From Octopus bimaculoides (lineage: Eukaryota): a stretch of 33,054 nucleotides of DNA. This document shows, piece after piece, positions 1-11,745 of the stretch. The DNA lies in NCBI RefSeq assembly GCF_001194135.2, contig NC_068983.1, forward strand, positions 21,791,612 through 21,824,665, read 5' to 3'. The notes beneath the pieces were generated by a model. It searched no databases. It was not told the DNA's origin and worked only from the letters and a program-made list of their open reading frames with translations. The first letter of the stretch is position 1. Each line of letters opens with the position of its first letter. A program made the translations under genes and the position numbers.

Positions 1-38
1 TATACATACATATATATGTGTGTGTGTATTTATGTATA

Positions 39-605
39 AGGTTTAAGGACGGCATAAGGACTACTATGAAGTCACTTGGAATGGATCCGGAAGACCTAGA
101 AACCCTTGCTTCGGATTGAGTTGGATGGCGAACAAAAGTGTGGAGTGGAGTGAAAGCATTTGAAGAGGCCAGGATAAAGCATGCAAGACTCAAAAGAGAT
201 CTAAGGAAGAATGTTATGATTGAGAAGGTGAATGACAATGATCTTTTTGTGTGCACAGTTTGTGACAGACCATGCCTTTCTTTCGCTGGACTCAAATCTC
301 ATTTGCAAATCCATGGAAAACGAACCTCCGCCAACTACTCTGCCCATATGTCTGTGCACACCTTTGAATGCAGTGTATGCTAGAAGGTTTGCAAATCTAA
401 CGAAGGCTTCAAAAGACATTTTAAGATCTACAAAAATCAGAACTTATCTGCAGCTCTTGGTGGTCCAAATCGGATGTGCAATCTATGCGGGTGCCTTTTC
501 AAAACATTGTTTGATTTAAAAAGCCACATCAGATGCCATGATGGTTCTAAGGTGTAGGTACAGGAGGTGGTCAAACTCTGCATAAGGGGTAGACAACCAC
601 CATAT
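39..605 (+). mobile_element. 5'-truncated, decayed RTE-type LINE: ORF C-terminus with three C2H2 zinc fingers plus a short 3' UTR
   Basis: One frame 39-557 reads RFKDGIRTTMKSLGMDPEDLETLASD*VGWRTKVWSGVKAFEEAR...CTVCDRPCLSFAGLKSHLQIH...CSVC*KVCKSNEGFKRHFKIY...CNLCGCLFKTLFDLKSHIRCH. This is the typical RTE post-RT tail. In-frame stops at 117 and 381. Confidence 0.8.
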
Positions 606-782
606 ATGCATACACAAACACACACACACACACATATGCTAACTTTGGTCATTTATGATAAGAAACACCTCTTTTTGGAAACTTGAAGTAATGTATGAGA
701 CAAAAAACAAGTGAGAAATATTGTACTACACCACTGACCCCTGTCATTACTAACTTCATCGGGATTATCAATATCATCACCA

Positions 783-1010
783 AGGCAGTGAGCTAGCAGA
801 ATCGTTAGCACACTAGATGAAATGCTAATGCTTAGTGGTATTTCACCCATTGCTCTGTTCTGAGTTCAAATTCCACCAAGTTCAACTTTGCCTTTCGTCC
901 TTTCAGGGTCGGTGAAACAAGTACCAGTTACACACTGGGGTCAATTTAATCTACTTGCCCCCCTCTCCCAATAGCTTCAGGTCTTGTGCCTTTAGTAGAA
1001 AGGATTATTA
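783..1010 (+). mobile_element. SINE family A copy (tRNA-like head, central ...ttgcctttcatcctttcggggtcgataaa..aagtaccag... domain, (ATT)n tail)
   Basis: A-box-like tgagctagcagaa, B-box-like gagttcaaattcc, tail ccttgtgcctttagtagaaaggattatt. Many similar copies occur in the window. Confidence 0.85.
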
Positions 1011-1059
1011 GTATCATCACCATTATTAATGGTATTACTATTACTATTATTATTAACAT

Positions 1060-1500
1060 CACTACCATCATTTGTCTCTCGTTACTTATAGTATTACTAA
1101 ATAAATTGTAACACTCACTCTTTATAGCCTCAACTTCTAATTTCGTCAACCAACGCCCTTTCTTACTGTGTCTGTTGATATTGTCCACATGGCTGAATAT
1201 TTGTCGTTTCTGATTAGCTATTCTTTGTTCAGTGTAGGTCGTATCTGGGTACAATTGTTTCCAGTAACGATACATTGATCGCCTACATGAGGTTGGTGCA
1301 TTTACAACGGCCCTGAAGTAACATCGGACAACATCTATTTTCATTTTCTTCGTCCATCGTGGTCTGTGTCTTGCTGCATCATACTTTTGATGAGTTCTCT
1401 TTTGTGCTGGCATATCTTAAGAAGACAAATGGCTATCCATAACTCTATGAATTTCTGATCATGATCGATTGTATGAATCCTAGTACAGAATCTATCTAAT
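1060..1500 (-). mobile_element. R4/Dong-like non-LTR retrotransposon N-terminal fragment (ORF from ATG 1413)
   Basis: RPRWTKKMKIDVVRCYF...MYRYWKQLYPDTTYTEQRIANQKRQI...WLTKLEVEAIKSE resembles the recalled WT..CY..W...YP...TEQRLADQ.R.I...L..LE.E.IK N-terminal domain of R4/Dong elements. It runs into the ATT-rich tail of a SINE at about 1060. Confidence 0.65.
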
Positions 1501-1543
1501 AAAATATGCCACATTCTTATTTTGCAGGACCTTAATATTCAAC

Positions 1544-1574
<31 letters not shown>

Positions 1575-1598
1575 ACGCATGTGTGAACTTATTCTGCA

Positions 1599-1790
1599 TT
1601 TGTGGATCAACAAGGCAACCAATGGTTTCATGTGGGAGTGGTCTCCACAATTGTTCCAGCTCACCACTTGAGAATGTTGGTTCTCAGCTCTCAACCTGAA
1701 GATGAGTACCAACCTTGCCAAGTGGTGAGGTTGAACAACTGTGGAAACCTCTTTCTCATCAAACTGTTGGTTGCCTTGTTAATCCACAAA
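1599..1790. repeat. Fold-back inverted repeat with 72-nt ungapped arms
   Basis: Arms 1599-1670 and 1719-1790 match at 60 of 72 positions by manual comparison. An inner stem ttggttctca/tgagtaccaa is also present. Confidence 0.9.
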
Positions 1791-1850
1791 GAATATTTAA
1801 CAAAGTGGTGTTGAGCACTTATTCTCACTGTTCAATACCAGTATATATAT

Positions 1851-1886
<36 letters not shown>

Positions 1887-2213
1887 GTACTCATGTATAT
1901 ACGTGCATGTGTGTATGTATCTGTATGTTTGTTACATTTGTGTTTCTCTAAAAATTATCAAGCTACGAGCAGTGATGTGTTATCTTTTTTACCTGTCAAC
2001 CAATCATATGCAGTCTCTGCACCTTCATAAATAAGAAATCTCTGACTTGAAAAAAAAAACAAAAAACACAAAAACAGATAAGGGTTAGAGACAAGAAAGC
2101 ATCCAGACTGTTGTAAGTCAACACCTCAGTAATACATCCATCAAATTTATGCTAGTTTAGAAAAATGGACATAAAAATGAGTGAATAAACAAATTAATTA
2201 TTATTATCATTAC

Positions 2214-2254
<41 letters not shown>

Positions 2255-2258
<4 letters not shown>

Positions 2259-2321
2259 GGGGTCAATGTAATAGACTTACTGCCGCCCCTGACACTACCA
2301 GCTTTGTGCCAAAATTTTTAA

Positions 2322-2373
<52 letters not shown>

Positions 2374-2551
2374 CAAATGCTTAGCAGCATTTTGTTCTGC
2401 CTTAAGTTCTAAGTTCAAATTCTGCCAAGACCAACTTTGCCTTTCATCCTTTCAGGTTCCATAAATTAAGTACCAGAAAAACACTGAGGTTTGATGTAAT
2501 CGACTAGTTCCCTTCCTCCAAAATTTCAGGCCTTTTGCCTTAAGTAGAAAG

Positions 2552-2605
<54 letters not shown>

Positions 2606-3320
2606 CATTATTACTACTACTACTACTACTACTACTATCACTAAGGCAAAATGCATTGCAGTATTTTTTCAGCATTATGTTTTGAATGGAAGGCAGCGAG
2701 CTGGCAGAAACGTTAGCACGCAGGGCGAAATGCTTAGTGGTATTTCATCTGTCTTTACATTCTGAGTTCAAATTCCGCCAAGGTTGACTTTGCCTTTCAT
2801 CATTTCGGGGTCAATAAATAAAGTACCAGTTGTGTACTAGAGATCGAGCTAATCAACTGGCCCCCTCCTCAAAAATTTCAGGCCTTGTACCTAGAGTAGA
2901 AAAGGTTATGTTCTCGATGGAACTGTCACCAAGGCCAACTTTGCTTCATTTGGGATTGATAAAATAAGAACCAGTCCAGTACTGGGGTTAATGCAATCAA
3001 CTAGCCCCCTCCTGCCAAATTTCAGGCCTTGTGCCTATAGTAGAAAGGATCATCATAATCATCAAGGTAGCAAGATGGCAGAAATGTCAGCACGTCGGGT
3101 AAAATGCTTAGCAGTATTTCATCTGTCTTTACGTTTTGAGTTCAAATTCAGACAAGGTTGACTTTGCCTTTCATTCTTTCGGGGCTATTGAAATAAGTAC
3201 CTGTTAAGCACTGAGGTCGTTTTAATTGACTTACACTTTCTCATAAAATTTCAAGCCTTGTGCATTAACCACTCCCCAAAATTGCTAGCCTTGTGCCAAA
3301 ATTTGAAACTATTTTTATTA
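2255..3320 (+). mobile_element. Head-to-tail run of family A SINE copies/fragments (about 2258-2330, 2374-2556, 2691-2908, 2925-3055, 3064-3320) separated by (ATT)n
   Basis: Repeated gagttcaaattc / ctttgcctttcatc / aagtaccag / gccttgtgcc motifs. Confidence 0.85.
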
Positions 3321-3831
3321 TTGAGTGAGAGAGTAATTCATGCCATCAAAGTGACAATGGAATAAAATATACAAATCCAATATACCCATCTGGTAAGGGT
3401 ACACCAGACACATGCACCACAACCATATGTGCACAATATGGTAATTTCATATCAAGATAAACAGCACATGAACTTGCAGGTGGCACTCAGAATTTTCTTC
3501 AGATTGAGTAGCCCATCCCACTCAAAAGGTCCCTGAATAAGGGTTGTTTAAGGATGATGAACAAAACACCCATGTTTCCAGGGGTGAATTGTTCAAATTA
3601 CAAAGAATCCCTCTCAGTACATGGCTATGATGCTCTCCCACTACTTCTGCTCGTGATCAGAGATGCACATATCGTCAGCCACTAAGGGACATGCTCAACT
3701 GGTTAAGGTCAAACAACTGACAAGCAAATCTGTAGAACTGAGCAGAATATTTGCTGTAGCCCATCTTTTTATACCCAGGCAAAACATGTACAAGATAACA
3801 CTTCCAATCAGTAAAGATTAGAAACCATGAA
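3321..3831 (-). repeat. Unclassified ~510 bp insert between two SINE A tails
   Basis: Complex sequence with both ends abutting family A 3' tails; the minus-strand end ...ctctcactcaa runs into taataa. Strand and repeat status are inferred, as only one copy is in the window. Confidence 0.4.
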
Positions 3832-3832
3832 C

Positions 3833-4266
3833 ATTCTTTTCTACTCTAGGCACAAGGCTTGAAATTTTGGGGGAGGGGGCTAGTCAATTAGATCGACCCA
3901 GTACGCAACTGGTACTTAATTTATCGATTCAGAAAGGATGAAAGGCAAAACTGACCTTGGCAGAATTTGAACTCAGAACACAAAGATAGACGAAATACTC
4001 CTAAGCATTTCACCCAGCATGCTGACGTTTTTTTATTTCTTTATTGCCCACAAGGGGCTACACACAGAGGGGACAAAGAAGGACAAACAAACGGATTAAG
4101 TCAATTATATCGACCCCAGTGCGTAACTGGTACTTATTTAATTGACCCCGAAAGGATGAAAGGCAAAGTCAACCTCGGCGGAATTTGAACTCAGAACGTA
4201 GCGGCAGACGAAATACCGTTAAGCATTTCACCCAGCATGCTAACGTTTCTGCCAGCTCACCGTCTT
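3833..4266 (-). mobile_element. Two family A SINE copies (3833-4029; 4030-4266, variant tail)
   Basis: Reverse complement of the family A head and core. The 4030 copy shares the tail tttatttctttattgcccacaaggggct with 7805-8040. Confidence 0.85.
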
Positions 4267-4289
4267 AGAAGCCAGGAATATTATTATTG

Positions 4290-4520
4290 CTATGGCAGTG
4301 AGTTGGCAGAATTATTATTGTGCCTGATGAAATGCTTAGTGGCATTTCTTCTGGCTTTTTACATTCTGAGTTCAAATTCCGCCAAAGTCGACTTTGCCTT
4401 TCATCCTTTTTATGGTCAATAAAATAAGTACCAGTTGAGCACCGGAATCAATGCAATCGACTTCCCCAACTCCTGAAAATTACTGTCTTTGTTTGCTAAA
4501 ATTAGACTGAAGTAGTATTA
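4290..4520 (+). mobile_element. Family A SINE copy followed by (AAT)n/(ATT)n
   Basis: ggcagtgagttggcagaa ... gagttcaaattccgcc ... aagtaccagtt. Confidence 0.8.
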
Positions 4521-4545
4521 TTATAAACATCATCATCATCATCAT

Positions 4546-4665
<120 letters not shown>

Positions 4666-6299
4666 NNNNNNNNNNNNNNNNNNNNNNNNNNNNNNNNNNN
4701 NNNNNNNNNNNNNNNNNNNNNNNNNNNNNNNNNNNNNNNNNNNNNNNNNNNNNNNNNNNNNNNNNNNNNNNNNNNNNNNNNNNNNNNNNNNNNNNNNNNN
4801 NNNNNNNNNNNNNNNNNNNNNNNNNNNNNNNNNNNNNNNNNNNNNNNNNNNNNNNNNNNNNNNNNNNNNNNNNNNNNNNNNNNNNNNNNNNNNNNNNNNN
4901 NNNNNNNNNNNNNNNNNNNNNNNNNNNNNNNNNNNNNNNNNNNNNNNNNNNNNNNNNNNNNNNNNNNNNNNNNNNNNNNNNNNNNNNNNNNNNNNNNNNN
5001 NNNNNNNNNNNNNNNNNNNNNNNNNNNNNNNNNNNNNNNNNNNNNNNNNNNNNNNNNNNNNNNNNNNNNNNNNNNNNNNNNNNNNNNNNNNNNNNNNNNN
5101 NNNNNNNNNNNNNNNNNNNNNNNNNNNNNNNNNNNNNNNNNNNNNNNNNNNNNNNNNNNNNNNNNNNNNNNNNNNNNNNNNNNNNNNNNNNNNNNNNNNN
5201 NNNNNNNNNNNNNNNNNNNNNNNNNNNNNNNNNNNNNNNNNNNNNNNNNNNNNNNNNNNNNNNNNNNNNNNNNNNNNNNNNNNNNNNNNNNNNNNNNNNN
5301 NNNNNNNNNNNNNNNNNNNNNNNNNNNNNNNNNNNNNNNNNNNNNNNNNNNNNNNNNNNNNNNNNNNNNNNNNNNNNNNNNNNNNNNNNNNNNNNNNNNN
5401 NNNNNNNNNNNNNNNNNNNNNNNNNNNNNNNNNNNNNNNNNNNNNNNNNNNNNNNNNNNNNNNNNNNNNNNNNNNNNNNNNNNNNNNNNNNNNNNNNNNN
5501 NNNNNNNNNNNNNNNNNGTGTGCGTGTATGTATGTGTGCTTGTGTGCACGTGCATCTGTGTGTGTATGCATGTGTGTGTTTTATAGGGCTGACTGAGGGG
5601 AAAGTACAGTATCCAATGCGTTTTCATTAGATACATGGGTTAGATCAATACAGTTTATGTTTAGCTTAATCATCTACATGGGTAGAAAAAAATTGAGGGG
5701 GGGATGGGGGGGTTCCAGAGTTCTGTTGCGAAGAAGGATTGGATTAAGTAATGAGAGGGAAAACAGAGAAGGGGTGATGAATTGATAAAAGACGAGTGAA
5801 CATTAAGGAGAGGATTCTAAAGCAAAAAATTCTGAAAGAGAAATTATTAAGTAGAGGAATCATAAACCATTTTTGAATTTTAATTTTAAAAGATTTTTTT
5901 TTTTTGTATGTGCGAAGATGGTGGTGTGGTGGAGTGGACAGATTTAAGATTAAAATTTTGGTAGGTATGACTGGGTGGTTCAAAAGCTTGCTTTGCAGCC
6001 ATGGAGGTTTGTTTTTAGTTCCACTGTGCGGCACCAAGAGCAAAAGTTTACTGCTGTGGTCTCAGGCTAACCAATATCTCATGAATGGATTTGGCAGTCA
6101 GAAACCATGTGGAAGTCACATGTAAAAAGTACCCAGTGCACTCTGTAAAGTGGTTAACATCAGGAAGGGCATCCATTCATAGAAACCATGCCAAAGCCGA
6201 CAATAGAGCATGGCCCAGTTCTCTGACTTGCCAGCTCCTGTCAAACCATCCAAAATGGAAATTGGACATTAAACATCCAGCTATCTATCTATCTATCTA

Positions 6300-6332
<33 letters not shown>

Positions 6333-7055
6333 NNNNNNNNNNNNNNNNNNNNNNNNNNNNNNNNNNNNNNNNNNNNNNNNNNNNNNNNNNNNNNNNNNNN
6401 NNNNNNNNNNNNNNNNNNNNNNNNNNNNNNNNNNNNNNNNNNNNNNNNNNNNNNNNNNNNNNNNNNNNNNNNNNNNNNNNNNNNNNNNNNNNNNNNNNNN
6501 NNNNNNNNNNNNNNNNNNNNNNNNNNNNNNNNNNNNNNNNNNNNNNNNNNNNNNNNNNNNNNNNNNNNNNNNNNNNNNNNNNNNNNNNNNNNNNNNNNNN
6601 NNNNNNNNNNNNNNNNNNNNNNNNNNNNNNNNNNNNNNNNNNNNNNNNNNNNNNNNNNNNNNNNNNNNNNNNNNNNNNNNNNNNNNNNNNNNNNNNNNNN
6701 NNNNNNNNNNNNNNNNNNNNNNNNNNNNNNNNNNNNNNNNNNNNNNNNNNNNNNNNNNNNNNNNNNNNNNNNNNNNNNNNNNNNNNNNNNNNNNNNNNNN
6801 NNNNNNNNNNNNNNNNNNNNNNNNNNNNNNNNNNNNNNNNNNNNNNNNNNNNNNNNNNNNNNNNNNNNNNNNNNNNNNNNNNNNNNNNNNNNNNNNNNNN
6901 NNNNNNNNATATATATATATATATATATATATTTGTCTATCTATCTGTTTATCTATTTATCTGTCTGTCTGCCTGCCTGTCTGTCTGTCTGTTTGCTTGT
7001 CTGTCTGTTTACCTGTCTGTCTATCCATCCATCTATCTATCTACCTGTCTATCTA

Positions 7056-7102
<47 letters not shown>

Positions 7103-7804
7103 GTGTAAACATGTATGTCACTCTATGTCATTACATAAGACACTACTTACACAGTAGTGAAGTTGTTTATTGTTTCTGTTTTACTTGTTGCAGTCATTAG
7201 AAAGTGGCCATGCTGGGGCACCACTTTAAAGAGATTCTGTCAAATAAATCAACTCCAGTACTTCTTTTTCTTTTTTTTTTTTTATTAAACCTGGTACTTA
7301 TTCTATTGATCTCTTTTGCCAAACTGCTAAGCTTATGTCCCAACATAAACAAAAAGTCTGCCAGCTCAGCTGTTCAACATGCAAAGATATAGAATAATGT
7401 ACCTTACTCATGAAACAAATAAAGGGTTGGCATCAAGAAGGAAGGGCATCTAATGTAAAATACTACCTGAGGATGTCTTTTCTAACTCATGCCATTATCA
7501 AACAAGCAGAAGTAAAACCGACAACAGAGATGATAGTGATGATGAGACAATGTCCACAAAGATGACAATGAGATGCTATTGATGATAATGATGATGATGA
7601 GAAATGGTAAAATTTACTGAATCAACAGCAGTTGATTACCTATCCTTATTTTATCAACTGCAAATGTATGAAAGGTAAAGTAAGACTTAGCAGGACATCT
7701 TAACCCTTCAGCTTTTAAAATGGCCATATCCACTCAAATAGTCCACCAGTTTTATGCTCAAACTGGCCAGATCTGACCTCTCACACCTATTCCTACAACA
7801 TCGT

Positions 7805-8040
7805 TTTTATTTCTTTATTGCCCACAAGGGGCTAAACACAGAGGGGACAAAGAAGGACAGACAAACAGATTAAGTCGATTACATCGACCCCAGTGCGTAA
7901 CTGGTACTTAATTTATCGACCCCGAAAGGATGAAAGGCAAAGTCAACCTCAGCGGAATTTGAACTCAGAACGTAATGGCAGACGAAATACTGCCAAGCAT
8001 TTTGCCCAGCGTGCTAATGTTTCTGCCAGCTCACCCCCTT
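7805..8040 (-). mobile_element. Family A SINE, variant tail
   Basis: Closely similar to 4030-4266. Confidence 0.85.
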
Positions 8041-8330
8041 CAACATTATTCTACTTAGAGACCTTGCTGGTGACATGTAAAAAGCACCAATTCCATTCTG
8101 TAAAGTGGTTGACATTAGGAAGGGCATCCATCCATAAAAACCATGCTAAAAAAGACCTCACTGGTGCTGGTGCCACATTAAAAGCACCCAGTCCATTCTG
8201 CAAAGTGGATGGTATTAGGGAGGGCATCTAGCCACAAAAACCAAGCCACATAGAGAGTAAATGAGAGTATACGTGTAACACCATTACCACTAGGCCACAT
8301 CACACACGAACACATACACACCATGGGGGC

Positions 8331-8484
8331 TTCCATACAGTTTCCTTCCACCAAATTCACTCACAAGGCATCGCTCAGTCCTTGGACTATAGAAGACACT
8401 TGCTCAAGGTACTGCACGGTGGGACTGAACCTGAAATCATATAGTTGCAAAACAAACATCTTAAACAAACAGTCATGCCTGCAC
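8331..8484 (-). mobile_element. Family C SINE 5' half (other fragments: about 5965-6100 +, 7170-7360 -, 19688-19745 +, 27720-27805 -, 28530-28700 -)
   Basis: ctatagaagacacttgctcaagg ... gtgggactgaacc. Confidence 0.7.
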
Positions 8485-9059
8485 CTATAACAAAGTCCTT
8501 TGTCACATTCCTGCGACCTACTGTATGGATCTCTGTCAAATCTGNNNNNNNNNNNNNNNNNNNNNNNNNNNNNNNNNNNNNNNNNNNNNNNNNNNNNNNN
8601 NNNNNNNNNNNNNNNNNNNNNNNNNNNNNNNNNNNNNNNNNNNNNNNNNNNNNNNNNNNNNNNNNNNNNNNNNNNNNNNNNNNNNNNNNNNNNNNNNNNN
8701 NNNNNNNNNNNNNNNNNNNNNNNNNNNNNNNNNNNNNNNNNNNNNNNNNNNNNNNNNNNNNNNNNNNNNNNNNNNNNNNNNNNNNNNNNNNNNNNNNNNN
8801 NNNNNNNNNNNNNNNNNNNNNNNNNNNNNNNNNNNNNNNNNNNNNNNNNNNNNNNNNNNNNNNNNNNNNNNNNNNNNNNNNNNNNNNNNNNNNNNNNNNN
8901 NNNNNNNNNNNNNNNNNNNNNNNNNNNNNNNNNNNNNNNNNNNNNNNNNNNNNNNNNNNNNNNNNNNNNNNNNNNNNNNNNNNNNNNNNNNNNNNNNNNN
9001 NNNNAAAGTCCTTTGTCACATTCCTGCGACCTACTGTATGGATCTCTGTCAAATCTGTG

Positions 9060-9410
9060 AAGTCAATAGGGTAATAAGGGTGGAGACTCCATTCGGTCAT
9101 GATTGGCCATGAGATTGCACATAGAATGTTCCCCTCTAAGGCAGAAGTTTGGGCAAGGTTATTTATGGAAGACCAGCAGTCGCCCATGCATACCAGTCTC
9201 TCCTCTACACACCACCAATGTTACCCAAGGGAAAGATAAAGGCCGATACAGCTTAGCACCAATGATGTCACAACTCATTTCTACAGCTGAAGCAACATGG
9301 AATAAAGTATTTTGCTCAAGAACACAACACACAGCCTTGTCCAGGTATTGAACTCACTATCTGATGATTGAGAGTCCGATGCTCTAACCACCGAGCCATG
9401 TGCCTTCATA
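9060..9410 (-). mobile_element. tRNA-head CORE-like SINE (family D); related head at about 14195-14350 (-)
   Basis: On the minus strand: gaaggcacatggctcggtggttagagcatcggactctc...gagttcaatacc...gtgttcttgagcaaaatacttta. Confidence 0.65.
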
Positions 9411-10308
9411 AAGTTAATAATACTTGTTAGTTAACTGTGTGACAGGTTTAAGGTCAAATCCATAGGCAGGAAATTAAGGTAACAGGCATCATAGATGAGA
9501 AGGTAGGAGGTCACAAAGTCAATTTGAAGTACAGACAAAATTCACTCCTACTTTGGTATTGAGAGTAACAAACAAATGAAATGTTAAGCTTTAACCACCA
9601 CTAACTACTATTACTACTGTCACTACCATCAACAATACCATCTATTTTAATATGAGCCAAAGCAGAAGACATTAAGTGGTCACTTGCTGTGTTAGAAATA
9701 GCAGCCAAATTTCCTTGACCTTACGTTCTATATTCATAAGCAAGACAGGGCACATTAGATAATGTAGTTCTCGGTATACTACATCTGAATCAAAACTGGC
9801 TGGTCATGGCTGGAATCCCCTTGCTAGTAAGATGGCTTGATATGACAAGACCTGGAGCAAAACTACAGCAATTTATTTGAATAAATAATCCAATAGTCTA
9901 ATGGATGTTTGGCTACCGTGGATTAGAGAGAGAGAGAGGCAGGTGAAGCATTAGAAACCCAATGAATGTTTGCCAGTGGCTAAGGTTATCACCTTGTCTC
10001 GTTTATTTTTGTTCTCACAAGCACCCATAGTTTTATGACCTGACATTTTGCATTAGAAGTCATTGTCAAAATATGGCCGCAAAAGAGAAAAACTAAATAA
10101 AAAGTAAATTCTCTTCTGAAAGGGTCACAGGAGTCAGAACTTTTGTATAATAAAGTAATATATCATTCAGGGCCTCTAGCCAGTGGACAACAAACAGTTG
10201 TTGAAAGAGGTTCTTTTGTTCAGCTTTCCAACTTGTCAGACAGACCCAGCTAGACAAAGTTATGATGGATTACATACTATTAATCGAAAGTGAACAGAAA
10301 CAAGCAAG

Positions 10309-10339
<31 letters not shown>

Positions 10340-10769
10340 AATGGTAAAGCTGGAAGTCTTCAAGTGGAATAGGAATCTATTTTGTTGTAGTATGTGGAAT
10401 GAGGAAAAAAAAAAAAAAAGAATTTGTAGGAAATAGTAACAAGTTTTAAGATGAAATGGAAGCAAGACACGACTGAAATAGTAATTTGGAAGTATGTAAG
10501 TTGGACAACGATTTCCAACAATTTTTCACAACAACGGCTGTTATTGCTCTGAAGTGCAAAATTGTTCTAACAAAGTAAGTGCCTGGCAGCAGAACAGATC
10601 AATTTGATAGATGAGTAACTAGCTTGGCAACAATGAAATTCCATTTTGAACAAACAAAGGAACCAGTGGTATTAACGAAATCTTAATAGAGCATGTGATA
10701 AAGGTGCTAGATGGCAAAAGTAAAGAAATTGGGTTTGATTTTATTTCTATTTATTATTTATTACTGAAA

Positions 10770-10915
10770 TGGTAGTGGAATGGCAGAAACTATAGAATGC
10801 CAAACTTAATACAATTCAGTATTTAGCTACAGTTCTTTACATTCATGTTCAAATCTTGCTGAGGTTAAACTTTGCCTTTTATCTCTCTAGGGTTGATAAA
10901 ATAAGCACCTGACAA
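10770..10915 (+). mobile_element. Degenerate family A SINE 5' part, ending just before a family C SINE
   Basis: gtggaatggcagaaac ... gttcaaatc ... ctttgcctttt ... gttgataaaataagcacc. Confidence 0.55.
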
Positions 10916-10927
10916 AATATTTTGGAT

Positions 10928-11330
10928 GCAGGAGTGGCTGTGCGGTAAGTAGCTTGCTTACCGACCACATGGTTCTGGGTTCAGTCCCACTGCGTGGCAC
11001 CTTGGGCAAGTGTCTTCTACTATAGCCTTGGGCCAACTAAAATCTTGTGAGTGGATTGGTAGACAGAAACTGAAAGAAGCCCGTTGTATATATGTATGTG
11101 TGTGTGTGTGTGTGTGTGTGTTTGTCCCCCCAGCATTGCTTGATATGTGATGCTGGTGTGTTTACGTCCTCGTAACTTAGTGGTTCAGCAAAAAGAGACC
11201 AATACAATAAGTACTAGGCTTAGAAAGAATAAGTCCTGGGGTCGATTTGCTCGACTAAAAAAAAGGTGATGCTCCAGTATGGCCGCAGTCAAATGACTGA
11301 AACAAGCAAAAGAATAAAAGAATAAAAGAA
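10928..11330 (+). mobile_element. Family C SINE (CORE-like caccttgggcaagtgtctt, internal microsatellite linker, taaaaga tail), full length
   Basis: gcaggagtggctgtgcggtaag ... ggttcagtcccac ... tgctccagtatggccgcagtcaaatgactgaaacaag. Repeated many times in the window. Confidence 0.85.
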
Positions 11331-11374
11331 TATTTAATTATAAAAATATAATAGGATCTTTTAACTATTCAGTA

Positions 11375-11584
11375 TAGAGATCATTCTGTCCAATGTAATG
11401 CTTATTTCTTCACATTGTTTTGAATCAATCATACATCTTGCAGCTTTGAGATTTCCATTATGTGATTGTTTACTTCTGGTATAACATTGTAAGGTTGGTG
11501 TAAGAGACTTGATTTGGTCAGTTTGAACACAACACAAGTAGAATATTTTGGCTGGATATGGCCAATTTAAATGCTAAAGGGCTA
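11375..11584 (-). mobile_element. piggyBac-like MITE family (TTAACCCTTT-type ends); other copies at about 7700-7803 (+) and 24470-24707 (+)
   Basis: Shared ccctt.agc.ttt.aa.tggccatatcc...ctc.cacac.tac sequence. The 24.7 kb copy ends aatgttaaagggtttaa. Confidence 0.5.
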
Positions 11585-11745
11585 GAGGGTCCACCCAAGG
11601 AAAATAGGAATCAACGGGGGTTCATAGGCAAAAAATGGTTGAGAATCACTTTAATAGATCAAACAAATGGAAAAAGATTGTAAGAATAAATACAGTCATA
11701 TATAATACAGCTAATACATATCTATTCTATGTCTATTTTACTTCA

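Noticed and set aside
138-383. Host C2H2 zinc-finger gene
   Set aside because: The upstream frame has the RTE LINE post-RT signature and two in-frame stops, and the 5' end is truncated at a microsatellite.
8492-9057. Identical 53-nt sequence on both sides of the 8545-9004 gap, resembling a direct repeat, CRISPR unit or LTR
   Set aside because: An exact duplicate flanking an N gap is most simply an unmerged contig overlap. There are no spacers or other LTR features.
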